A stretch of DNA of 64,000 nucleotides, from positions 5,216,001-5,280,000 of the forward strand of contig OY969763.1 in assembly GCA_963702845.1 (NCBI GenBank), in the 5' to 3' direction. The notes under the pieces were generated by a model. It was not told where the DNA came from, searched no databases, and worked only from the letters and a program-made list of their open reading frames with translations. Both the position numbers and the translations under genes were made by a program. Source of the DNA: an uncultured Verrucomicrobiae bacterium. Its GTDB lineage: Bacteria; Verrucomicrobiota; Verrucomicrobiia; Limisphaerales; Palsa-1400. Shown here in pieces: positions 46,850 to 57,220 of this stretch; position 1 is the stretch's first letter; each line of letters starts with the position of its first letter.

Positions 46850-49420
46850 ATGCAACGGTTGCTAAAAGGCTTGCTCGCGGGGCTTCTGACATTTGCTTTC
46901 ACCTCGCGCGCCTTCGCTCGGGATTTCTCCTTCCGCGAAGGCGGGCTGCACACGTTTCAGGTTGCTGACAAGGATCTCGTCGCAAAATCTCATTCCGTCC
47001 AGGCCAAAGGCGGTAATCGTGTATTTGAAATCACTTCGCGAGTGACACTTCAACTCAATGATCCGTCGGCCCTGAATTCTGTCCTGGCTGGAAGTTCGCT
47101 CAAGATCGCGCGGAAAATCGGTGTGAATATTTTCATCTTGCAGGCACCTGATGCGACCACAGCCGCGCGGGAAGCTCATCGCCTTGCTGCGCTTCACGGC
47201 GTAAAGACCAGCATCCCGGTGATGCGACGTCCTGCCGTGCTTCACGGACCGTATGCCTACAAACCGAACGATCCCTACTCGTTTAATCAATGGCACGTCG
47301 AACATCGCGACCCGCAAACCGGTGCGGTCACCGGGCCAAGCCTGAACGCGCGCGCCGCATGGCCTTTTACTCTTGGGCAAGGAATTACCATAGGTGTCGG
47401 CGATGATGGCATCGAATATACCCATCCCGAGCTGGCCGCGCGCGCTGTTGGTGCGCCGCACTTCAACTTCTATGCGAACACCAATAGCGGCATGCCGGAT
47501 TCGACCAGCGACATGCACGCTACTGCCGTTGCCGGCCTGATTGCGGCGGAGCTCAATAATAATCTCGGGGGTTCAGGCGTGGCCCCGGGCGCGAACCTTG
47601 CCAGCTGGAAAATTTTTAGAGGAGGTTCATTGCTAACAACCGACGAACAATTGATGGATATGTTTCAATACGCATCCAACGTCGTGGCTGTGCAGAATCA
47701 CAGTTGGGGCTACGGCGGCGATTCGCAAATCACGGTGGGATTACTTCCTACAATCGGTGTGTCCAACGCCGTGCATTATGGTCGGGACGGAAAAGGCGCA
47801 GTCATCGTGCGCAGTGGCGGTAATTCCCGAGTCGATGGAGCGGACGCGAATGACGATGCTTACCTCGCTGACCCGCAGATTATTGCTGTTGGCGCAGTCA
47901 GGATCGACGGCCGCGCGGCCGGCTACAGCAATCCCGGCGCGTGTTTGTTAGTGGCAGCGCCCGGCGGAGAATTAGCGACTGGCACATTGTTTACCACAGA
48001 CCGCCAGGGTGCGCTTGGATATAACGCCATCACTAATTACGCCAACGACCCCACCCTTGGAGATTATTGTTTCGATTCAACCGGCTTCTATGGCACGTCG
48101 GCAGCCGCTCCGCAGATCTCCGGTGTCGCGGCGTTAATTTTATCCGCAAACACAAACCTGAGCTATCGCGACGTTCAACAAATTTTAATTTTGTCGGCGA
48201 GACACTTCGATGACAGCGATCCAGATCTGGGCACGAACGCCGCAGGTTTCCGCGTCAGTCACAATCAAGGCTTCGGCATTCCCGACGCTGGCGTGGCGGT
48301 GCAGTTGGCGCGCTCGTGGCCGAATCGCCCACCAGCCGTGACGTTGACTTGGGCCGACACGACAACGAACGCAATTCCCGACGATGGTTTGCACGTTCTC
48401 ATAACTGACCTTGCGCCGATTTCCGCCAGTCCCAGTTTGGGAATCCACCCTGATTTCCCAACGGCTCAACTGTCGCTGGTAGACGTCGGTATGGCGCTCG
48501 GACCGATCGCACAAAACCTGACCAACAAAGGCGCGCTAATCCAGCGCGGGAACAATAGTTTCTCCGACAAAATTGGCTACGCCGCCCAAGCTGGAGCGGC
48601 CTTTGCCATTGTCTACAACAATACAGGCACGAGCGAGCGCGTCGTGATGGGCACCACTGATTTCGTCCCGATTCCTGCCGTGTTCATCGGCAAAACCAAT
48701 GGCGACACGCTTCATGCGCTCTTGCTTCAGTCGAATCTTCAGGCGCAGCTCGCCACCACATCTGCGTCGTATTCGTTCAATGTGACAAACACGTTGTCGT
48801 GCGAACATGTTTCCGTGCATTTGCAGACCGATCATCCGCGTCGCGCCGATCTGCGCATCACTTTGTTGTCACCGCAAGGGACGGTCAGCGTGCTCGATCA
48901 TTTGAATAGCGATCCTGCGGCTGGCCCAGTGGATTGGATTTACAGCTCGACGCACCACTTCTTTGAAAGCAGTTACGGAACCTGGACGATCAAGGTGACG
49001 GACGAAGCCGCCGGTTCAACTGGCTCAGTGCTATTCTGCGCGTTAACTATTGAAGGCGTTCCGCTTACCGACAGCGACCACGATGGCCTCGATGACAATT
49101 GGGAACTCGCCCATTTCGGAACTCTTTCCTACGGCCCGCAGGACGACCCCGATCACGACGGCTACAACAACATGCGCGAACAACTCATGGGCACTGATCC
49201 GATGGTTCCCGCGCCGATCATCGCCGACTTCTCGCGCTGGAACAGCAATTTGGCACGCGTGAGTTGGACCTCAACAGCGGGAACAAATTACAACGTGCTC
49301 GCTGGTGCGGATATCGCCAATTTGGGAGTCGTGACGAATCTCGCCGGCGCATTTCCGGAAACGGAATGGTTTGTGCCATACACGAACGCGATGCGCTTCT
49401 TTGAGGTGCGCAGGCCATGA
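46850..49420 (+). CDS. S8 subtilase (kexin/proprotein-convertase-like) with PA and P domains
   Basis: Catalytic triad motifs DDGIE, HATAVAG and GTSAAAP, a PA domain (LIQRG..FSDK), a P domain (GTWTIKVTD) and DSDHDG repeats. Confidence 0.92.
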   Translation: MQRLLKGLLAGLLTFAFTSRAFARDFSFREGGLHTFQVADKDLVAKSHSVQAKGGNRVFEITSRVTLQLNDPSALNSVLAGSSLKIARKIGVNIFILQAPDATTAAREAHRLAALHGVKTSIPVMRRPAVLHGPYAYKPNDPYSFNQWHVEHRDPQTGAVTGPSLNARAAWPFTLGQGITIGVGDDGIEYTHPELAARAVGAPHFNFYANTNSGMPDSTSDMHATAVAGLIAAELNNNLGGSGVAPGANLASWKIFRGGSLLTTDEQLMDMFQYASNVVAVQNHSWGYGGDSQITVGLLPTIGVSNAVHYGRDGKGAVIVRSGGNSRVDGADANDDAYLADPQIIAVGAVRIDGRAAGYSNPGACLLVAAPGGELATGTLFTTDRQGALGYNAITNYANDPTLGDYCFDSTGFYGTSAAAPQISGVAALILSANTNLSYRDVQQILILSARHFDDSDPDLGTNAAGFRVSHNQGFGIPDAGVAVQLARSWPNRPPAVTLTWADTTTNAIPDDGLHVLITDLAPISASPSLGIHPDFPTAQLSLVDVGMALGPIAQNLTNKGALIQRGNNSFSDKIGYAAQAGAAFAIVYNNTGTSERVVMGTTDFVPIPAVFIGKTNGDTLHALLLQSNLQAQLATTSASYSFNVTNTLSCEHVSVHLQTDHPRRADLRITLLSPQGTVSVLDHLNSDPAAGPVDWIYSSTHHFFESSYGTWTIKVTDEAAGSTGSVLFCALTIEGVPLTDSDHDGLDDNWELAHFGTLSYGPQDDPDHDGYNNMREQLMGTDPMVPAPIIADFSRWNSNLARVSWTSTAGTNYNVLAGADIANLGVVTNLAGAFPETEWFVPYTNAMRFFEVRRP

Positions 49421-50028
49421 GCATCAGTAACACAAAGCGCTTCGATCGCGCCATTGCCCGGTTCGACGAGGAAAACTCGCACGATCCAAACAACGATATC
49501 GTCGATGGCAAACCTCACCCGCGCGAAGTGGTTTACGCAAAGCGCCTGACCAATTGGGTGCGCAAACTCGCTCCGCAGGCGTCGGAAGTTTTACTGCTCG
49601 CGGCGCGTTGCCAGCACATATGCCGTTGGAAAATTCCGCGCAGTTCCTTTCCGCTCGACCGGCCCGGTTATTTGAAATGGCGCGCGGAATTGAAAAACTT
49701 TCACGCTGCCAAAGCGGGCGCGATTTTGCGCGAGGTCGGTTACGACGAAGAAACCGTCCAGAAAGTTCAGGACCTCAACCTGAAAAAGAATTTTCCAGCA
49801 GACCCCGAGTGCCGCGTCCTCGAAGACGCGCTCTGCCTCGTATTTTTGGAACATCAACTCGCCGATCTGGCCGAACGTTTCGACGAAGTGAAAATGATGA
49901 ACGCCGTTCAGAAGTCGTGGATCAAAATGTCGCCGCAAGGCCGTGAAGAGGCGCTGAAAATTCCGATGAACGAACGGGCGTTGCAGTTGGTCGCAAAAGC
50001 GTTGCAAGGCTTGCAACCCAAAACCTAA
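49417..50028 (+). CDS. DUF4202-family protein
   Basis: AARCQHICRW.IPR, GYLKWR and LEDALCLVFL. Confidence 0.85.
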   Translation: MSISNTKRFDRAIARFDEENSHDPNNDIVDGKPHPREVVYAKRLTNWVRKLAPQASEVLLLAARCQHICRWKIPRSSFPLDRPGYLKWRAELKNFHAAKAGAILREVGYDEETVQKVQDLNLKKNFPADPECRVLEDALCLVFLEHQLADLAERFDEVKMMNAVQKSWIKMSPQGREEALKIPMNERALQLVAKALQGLQPKT

Positions 50029-50531
50029 CGGCCGCGAATCTGCTTCCAGAGCGGTTCGAGATCGACGTCTTTCAAAGCGAGAGCGCGCACTTGTTTGGCG
50101 TCACCGCGCGCCATCGCTTTATCGAGCCAATCGCGCGCCTGCTCAAGATTGCCGAGCTGACATTCGTAACACGACAGGTTGTAAGCAATCAGCGCTTCAC
50201 CGGGAAACTTTTGCTCAGCCTTCGTCAAAATCTTTCGCGCCTGATCAATGCCGCCGCCCGGCTTGCGCCGAACAGCATATGCAAGCGAGAGCCAGACACC
50301 AGGCGCGTCACGCATGACATCGACCATTTTGTCAGCAACGTCAGCAGCTTGCCCCCAATCCTTGGAGGCGGCGCTGACATCGTAGGCGGTCAGGAGAACG
50401 GCCGGAGCATTCCGGTTTTGCGGGCTGATTTTTTCCAGCTCCAACCGGGCCTCGCGCCAATTCCCCAGGCCAAGCCAGCCAAGCGCTGCAGAAAGATGAT
50501 GCCGGTCGGGGGGCTCTAATGTCGTTTCCAT
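50025..50531 (-). CDS. TPR-like protein
   Basis: AALGWLGLG and AYNLSCYECQLG...ARDWL...DLEPL. Confidence 0.75.
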   Translation of the reverse strand: METTLEPPDRHHLSAALGWLGLGNWREARLELEKISPQNRNAPAVLLTAYDVSAASKDWGQAADVADKMVDVMRDAPGVWLSLAYAVRRKPGGGIDQARKILTKAEQKFPGEALIAYNLSCYECQLGNLEQARDWLDKAMARGDAKQVRALALKDVDLEPLWKQIRGR

Positions 50532-50626
50532 TGAACGCGTCTAACATAGCAAAAACCCAACTCGACAGCTATGGGTCAAAAGCCGATTGTTGAAATCTAC
50601 CCACCACCACGCGATACTTTGAACCA

Positions 50627-52785
50627 ATGCGATTCCTGGCGACATTCGTCATCGCGCTCCTCTGCTGGACTGCCCAGGCAGCGGAGCAGAAGACGCTGAA
50701 CCTCACTTTCTGTTGTTCGCCTGAGAACGATTTGTATCAGGCGCTGCGCGCGGCTAAATGCCCGCGATACAGCACGCCAGCCGAAGCGATCGCCAATGCG
50801 CCTGAGCGGACCGGCGTTCTCATTCTCGCGGACCAATATCCCGAGCGCGCAACGACGCTGGAGCCAGCCGAATTTGACAAAGCGCAACGTAAACATCTGC
50901 GGGTCTACATCGAATTTCCAGCCTCACTGCCCGGCATGGAAGTGTCGCTACCGCGCGCGGCGACATGGGAGCGCGTCGTGGTCAATTCAGGAAATTTCGG
51001 AGACACCCTGCCGAAGATGCACATTCTCGCCATCAACGATTGTCACTTCGTCGCCGTCCTGCACCCGCCGACTGCCGATCTTGTGCTCGCGCGAGTCGCC
51101 GGGTTCGACACCGCCATTTACGGTCTGCCGCCACGCGCGGCGTATCCGATTCTTTTTTCGCTCCCCGAGAAAAGTATTTTCGTCGCGACGACAAAACTCA
51201 GCAGCTTCATCAGCGGCCGATTCGAGCCGTCGGCAGATTGGCGGCGCGTTTGGCTGAAGGTGTTGTCGTGGCTCGATCCCGAGACGCCTGCGCGTCTTGA
51301 TTACATGCCGGTCGTAACGCCTTCGTTCGGAAACAATGAAAAACTTCCAACGACATTCCAGCACGATGCGTTCAACCGGGCGGCGAATTGGTTCTCGCAT
51401 TCGCATCTGCTGATCGCGCCGGCGGAAGCGTCAAAGTTTGAGCTCGCCTTGAAAGTGGGAGTTGAAACGACCACGCCACCAGCAGCCGATGAACCCGAAG
51501 GCGATGGCTCGCTCGGAATGATGGAGGGCTACAGTTCGGGAATACGCTGGGATGGGCAGCAACCACGGCGATTGCCGATTCGCGCGGATTGCAACGCGGA
51601 AACCGCGATGTTGCTGGCGTTGGACGGAACGCTTAACGGTAACAAGCAATCGACAAAGATCGCCGACAACCTGCTCGATTACGTCTACTTCAATTCTGAC
51701 ATGTGCCAGGGCGTCCGCGCCGACCCGAAACATCCCGCGTTCGGTCTGATTGGCTGGGGTTCGACTGCACCGACCTGGCTCGTCGCCAATTACGGTGATG
51801 ACAACGCGCGCGCCATGCTGAGCACGATGGTGAGTTCATCGTTGATGCATTCAGATCGTTGGGACAAACCGCTCGTGCGCGCGTTGCTGGCGAATTTCGC
51901 ACCACTGGCAAGCTGGGCTTTCGTAGTGATCGCGTCGACGTGCCCGCGCTCGAACAGAGTGGTTGGGAACATTTTCACAATGCGGAAACAGTCAACTACT
52001 CGCCGCATTTCGAAGCATATTTGTGGGCGTGCAATCTGTGGGCCTATCGCGAAACGCATTACGCACCGTTTTTGGAGCGCACGACTAATGCAATCGCGAT
52101 GACGATGAAAGTTTATCCGGAGCAATGGCGTTGGCAGGACAACCTGGAACGAGCGCACATGCTCCTTTGCCTCGCTTGGCTCGTGCAGCTTGATAAGACG
52201 GCGCACATTTCCTCGGCTGCTGATGCAACGTTGCATCGGCAATGGCTCGATAAAATAACGCACGACTTATTGGCCGACCAACAACCGAACGGCGCGATTC
52301 GCGAACGACGCGGCCTGCACGGCGCGCCCGCCCAGGCGCCGCAGTCGAATGAGGAATATGGCACCGGTGAAACGCCGCTCATCCAACAAAATGGCGATCC
52401 TGTGAGCGACCAGCTTTACACAACCGGTTTCGCGCTGCTCGGTTTGCACGAAGCAGTCGGCGCGACGCACGATGCGGACTTTGCAACGCGCGGAAGATAA
52501 ACTGGCGGACGTTTCTTTGCCGCATCCAAACGCGGTCGAGTAAAATCGATTATTGCAACGGTATATGGTTTCGCGCCTTTGACGATCATCTCTGGGATTA
52601 TTGGGCCAGCTCGGCCGATATCGGCTGGGGCGCGTGGTCGATTGAAGCGGGTTGGGGACAGGCGTGGATTCCGACCGATGCTCGGTTTACGCGAGAAGCG
52701 GACGACGGTTTGGGACCTGACGCAACGCACGCACATCGCGAAGGAACTCGATACAACTTTACGCGAGATGCGATTGTCGGAATAA
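50627..52785 (+). CDS. Large secreted hypothetical protein (C-terminal helical toroid-like), broken by several frameshifts
   Basis: Signal peptide. Protein-like sequence switches frame at about 51898, 52480, 52515 and 52678 (ANF/RTTGKLGF; YWASSADIGWGAWSIEAGWG). Confidence 0.6.
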
Positions 52786-52838
52786 CGTTTGTTGTTCCGG
52801 CTTTTGACACACGAAAGTTTCCTGCCACACTACAGGCT

Positions 52839-55464
52839 ATGTACGCCAAATCGGTTTTGTTCGGCCTGTTGCTTGCGGTTTGCGCGCGAGCGGATGATGG
52901 ACAACTTCGTTGTTTCAATTTTCCAGGAAAATCACCGGAGAAATGGTCCGGCACGCGACATTATGCGCGCGACCGTGACGTCGCGGTGAGCCACCTCGCT
53001 TTGGACTTAACGCCCGATTTTAAACAGCGCACGATTTCAGGTTCGGCGGTAATCACGTTCAAACCGATCGCCAAGGAGCTGGAGAGTTGTCTCTCGATGC
53101 GGTCGATTTGACTATTGATGCGGTGGACTCGACTGCGGCGATCGCGAATTTTCAGGTCACTGACGAGAAAATCGTTATCACATTCAAAGACCCAATTCCT
53201 GCCGACAAAGAGACGAGCGTGACGGTCCGTTATCACGCACAGCCCGAGAAAGGCGTCTATTTCCGCACGCCAGAACTGGGTTACAAAGCCGGTGACGAAC
53301 ATATCTTCACCCAGGGCGAGGCGAGCGAATCGCGCTATTGGTTCCCGTCCTATGATTATCCCAACCAGAAAGTTCACGACCGAGGTCACTTGTCATGTGC
53401 CGGAAGGAATGACCGCGTTGTCGAACGGTAAATTCGTTCGGACAAGAAAAAGATGCGCAGGGGCTCAACGCCTTTCACTGGTCGCAAGAGAAGCCGCAGG
53501 CGAACTATCTGATGTCGCTCATCGCCGGTAATTTCAAAAACATCCGGGCCGGATACCATGACCTCCCGGTCGCGTTTTATACGCCTCCGTCACAAATCGC
53601 CGAGGCGCCCGATTCGTTCACAAACACGGTGGACATGCTCGAGTTCTATGAGAAGGAAATCGGCATTCCTTATCCGTGGGCTAAGTATTACCAGGTGGTG
53701 GTCGATGATTTCGGAGCAGGCGGCATGGAAAATACCAGCATCACAACACTGACAGACCGCACGTTGCATCGGCCGCAAGAAACAGAAAACATTCGCACGA
53801 GCGAAGGCCTGGTCAGTCACGAGCTGGCGCATCAATGGTTCGGCGATCTGGTCACGTGCAAGGATTGGAGTCACCTCTGGTTGAACGAAGGGTTTGCGTC
53901 GTTTTACGCGTTGCTCTACGCAGAACACCTGCACGGCCACGACGATTATGTCTACGGCTTCTTCAACACCAGTCACGCCATTCTCGCCCACACCAATGAC
54001 ACCACGCCGATCGTGACGCGGAAGTTCGATAACCCGGATGACTTGTTCAATTACCTGCCCTACGAGAAAGGGTCGTTCGTGCTGCAGATGCTGCGCGCTG
54101 ATTTGGGACCAGAACTTTATCGCAAGTGCATTAACACCTATTTAAAGCGCCATGAATTCGGAAACGTCGTCACTGACGATCTGAACAAAGTAATCGACGA
54201 ACTCTCCGGCCGCTCTTACGACAAGTTCTTCGATCAGTGGGTTTATCACGCGCACGAACCGGAACTGACGGTGGAATATTCATGGGATGAGAAATCGAAA
54301 CTCGCGAAGGTTTCGGTGAAACAAACGCAAAAGCTGAGCGACGACGTGTTGCTGTTCGAGTCACCGCTCAACATTGTTTTCACAGGAACATTCGGGCGTA
54401 TCGAGAAAACAGTGAACTTCAGCAAAGCCGAAGAGGATTTCTTTTTCGCGCTGCCACAGGCCCCGAAACTGGTCTTGCTCAATCCTGAGTTCGACCTGCT
54501 CGCCAAAATTGAGTTTGCCAACCAACCGTCGTCGATGGTGCTGGCACAACTTGAAGACAAGTCCGTTGGCGCGCGGCTGCAGGCGACGGATTTGCTCAAG
54601 GATAAAAAGGATCAGGCGACGATTGACGCACTGAAACGCGCGCTCAACCACGATGAGTTTTACGGTGTGCGCGTGCAGGCGGCCAAGGCGCTGCAATCTA
54701 TTCACACGGACGAAAGCCTCGAGGCTTTGCTGGGTTCGTTAAAACAATCCGATGCCCGGGTGCGCCAGGCTGTCGTCGCGGCCATCGCTGCATTCTACAA
54801 TGGCAAAGCTTTTGACGCGGCGCGTTCGATTCTTACCACCGAAAAGAACACCGACATCATTGGCTCCGATGCGCAGGGACTCGGGCTTTATCATAAACCT
54901 GAAATTCACAACGCCCTGCTGCAACTACTTGGGCGGCCTTCGTTCCGCTTCTCCATATCGGACGCGGCGATTCGCGCCATGCGTGCCCAGGATGATCCCG
55001 CTTACATCACGCCCGTCCGGGCCTTTGTCGAACAACACGTCAAAGACATGCAGACGCGAAGCATCGCCAGTGCTTTGGAAACGATCGGTTATCTTGCGCG
55101 CAACGAGACGAACAGAGATGAGGTTCGGGAGTTTTTGCTCACTTATATCAACGACAAAAAACGCGGCGTCCAACTGGGAGCCATTCGTGCCTTGGGATTG
55201 CTTGAAGATCCCAAAGCGATTGCAGCATTGGAGACCTTTGCGAATTCGTCCAAAGATACGGAGCAACAACCGGTCGCCGAAAAAGCGATTGCTGACATCC
55301 GCGCGGCGCGCAAGCCGACTGATAATCTGAAGGATCTTCGAACCGAAGTACTCGATCTGCAAAAGGAATCGCACGATTTGCGCAAAGAACTCGAGGACAT
55401 GCAGAAGAAATCGGAGACGAAAAAGGCGCCGAAGACACAAAGTTCGCCGAAGCGAAAGAGTTGA
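52839..55464 (+). CDS. M1-family aminopeptidase with HEAT repeats, frameshifted near 53088, 53370 and 53440
   Basis: TQGE..SRYWFP, GGMEN, HELAHQWFG..WLNEG, YEKG, a HEAT-repeat region and a coiled-coil tail. Confidence 0.88.
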
Positions 55465-57168
55465 TTACCACGGGTGTCGGATCCGGTAGTAGATGAAGAA
55501 ACCGTAGATCGAGAGAACGATTCCGACAAAGATCAGCCACCACAAACGCCAATCCTTGAGACCGCGATACCGCTCGCGCTCGTCAGGCGGGAGTTGCAGG
55601 TATGACCGGTTCCAGATGATGCCTTTCGTTTTTGCCTCAGGCGGCGGAGACGTCAGCAGCGAAACAACAATCATCACCGCCATGCACAACAGCCATGCAG
55701 CGAGCGCGCGGTGATTGAAGGTGTTGTAGTCGTCGTTCAAATTGAACGGCCATTTGTGCGCACCCAGCAGTTCGAATTGTTTCAGTGCCCAACTCCAGAC
55801 GAACCCGGCGACAATCGTCGCAACAGCCCCCGCGCCGTTCGCGCGTTTCCATAGAATGCCCATCGTGAAAATCACCGCGAACGGTGGCGCGATAAAGAAA
55901 AACACCGTCTGCATTTTTTCGAACAACGTCGTGTCGGTTTGCTGCGTGAACCCGATCGCGATCCAAACGCTGGCAATCAAAATGAACACCCCACTCCAGC
56001 GTCCGATAAACACCTGATGGCGTTCGGTCGCGTTTTTATTGATGAGCTTTTTGTAGAGGTCGAGCGTGACGATGGTCGAAGCGGAGTTCAACACCGTCGC
56101 GACGTGCCCCATCAAGGCGGCGGCCATACCCGCGAGCAACAAACCTTTGAGGCCGCTTGGAATCAGTTCCTTTACCAGCACGAGATAGGCCTGGTCGGGA
56201 TTGGCCAGCTTTGGAAACATTTTGAATGCAATGATGCCGGGGACGATAAAGAAAAACGGCATGATGATGTGCAGAAATCCGGCGCACACCACGCCGACGC
56301 GCGCGTTCCATTCGTCCTTGGCCGCCAGAACGCGTTGCACCATGTGCTGGCTAGTGCAGCTATACCAAATGCCGACGGAGAGAAATCCGGTGAAGACGCC
56401 GGTGACTGGAAACGGATGGTTCGTCGGCGGTTTGAACACTTGAAAATGTTCGTTGTGGTCGTGGATGAATTGGCCAATGTCGCTGACGTGCCGGAGCGCG
56501 AGAATCGGCACAAGAACGCCCGCCACCAACAAAATAATCATCTGCAACAGGTCGGTCCATGCGGCTGATTTGAGTCCACCATAAATGGTGTAAAGGCCGG
56601 TCGTGCCCGCAAAAAAGATGATATAGATGATCGCCGGCATTCGTTGGACATGCGGAAACCACTGCGTCAAATCTGGCAAGTGCCTGGCGAGATCGTCGCC
56701 AAAGAAACTGTCGAGCATGATCCCGCCCGAGTAAAGCGCCCCGGCGTTTATTGCGGTGATGAAGCCGACGATCGAGGCAACAGCGAAAATGTAGCGACAG
56801 GCTGGATTATAACGGCGCTCCAGAAATTCGGGCATCGTGCAGACGCCCGTGCGCACGTAATAGGGCAGGAACACCAGGATGAGCAGGCTGTAGATAATCC
56901 ACGCGTTCCAATCGCCGGCGGCGAGCACGATGCCGTATTGATAAGCGCCGCCGACGTTCGAAATAAATTGTTCGCTGCTGATGTCGGCGGCAACCATGGA
57001 CGCGCCGACGACAAACCATGGAATTGTTTTATTCCCAAGAAAGTAACTTTGCGTCGTGCTCGAACCTTTTCGTGCAACCCAAAGCCCGAGCGAGACGCTG
57101 CCGACCATGTAAAGAACGAAGACCGCAAGGTCGAGGTAGTTCAATGAGACGTGACTGGGCATGGGCAC
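55465..57168 (-). CDS. Sodium:solute symporter (SSS, sugar-type)
   Basis: YFLGN..IPW, ISSEQF, TMPEFLERRY, GGLKSAAWTD and QRVLAAKD. Confidence 0.93.
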   Translation of the reverse strand: MPMPSHVSLNYLDLAVFVLYMVGSVSLGLWVARKGSSTTQSYFLGNKTIPWFVVGASMVAADISSEQFISNVGGAYQYGIVLAAGDWNAWIIYSLLILVFLPYYVRTGVCTMPEFLERRYNPACRYIFAVASIVGFITAINAGALYSGGIMLDSFFGDDLARHLPDLTQWFPHVQRMPAIIYIIFFAGTTGLYTIYGGLKSAAWTDLLQMIILLVAGVLVPILALRHVSDIGQFIHDHNEHFQVFKPPTNHPFPVTGVFTGFLSVGIWYSCTSQHMVQRVLAAKDEWNARVGVVCAGFLHIIMPFFFIVPGIIAFKMFPKLANPDQAYLVLVKELIPSGLKGLLLAGMAAALMGHVATVLNSASTIVTLDLYKKLINKNATERHQVFIGRWSGVFILIASVWIAIGFTQQTDTTLFEKMQTVFFFIAPPFAVIFTMGILWKRANGAGAVATIVAGFVWSWALKQFELLGAHKWPFNLNDDYNTFNHRALAAWLLCMAVMIVVSLLTSPPPEAKTKGIIWNRSYLQLPPDERERYRGLKDWRLWWLIFVGIVLSIYGFFIYYRIRHPW

Positions 57169-57220
57169 TGGCTGTGACCAATGCTGGCTACGAACGAATT
57201 TTCAGCAAGTAAAAACGCGA

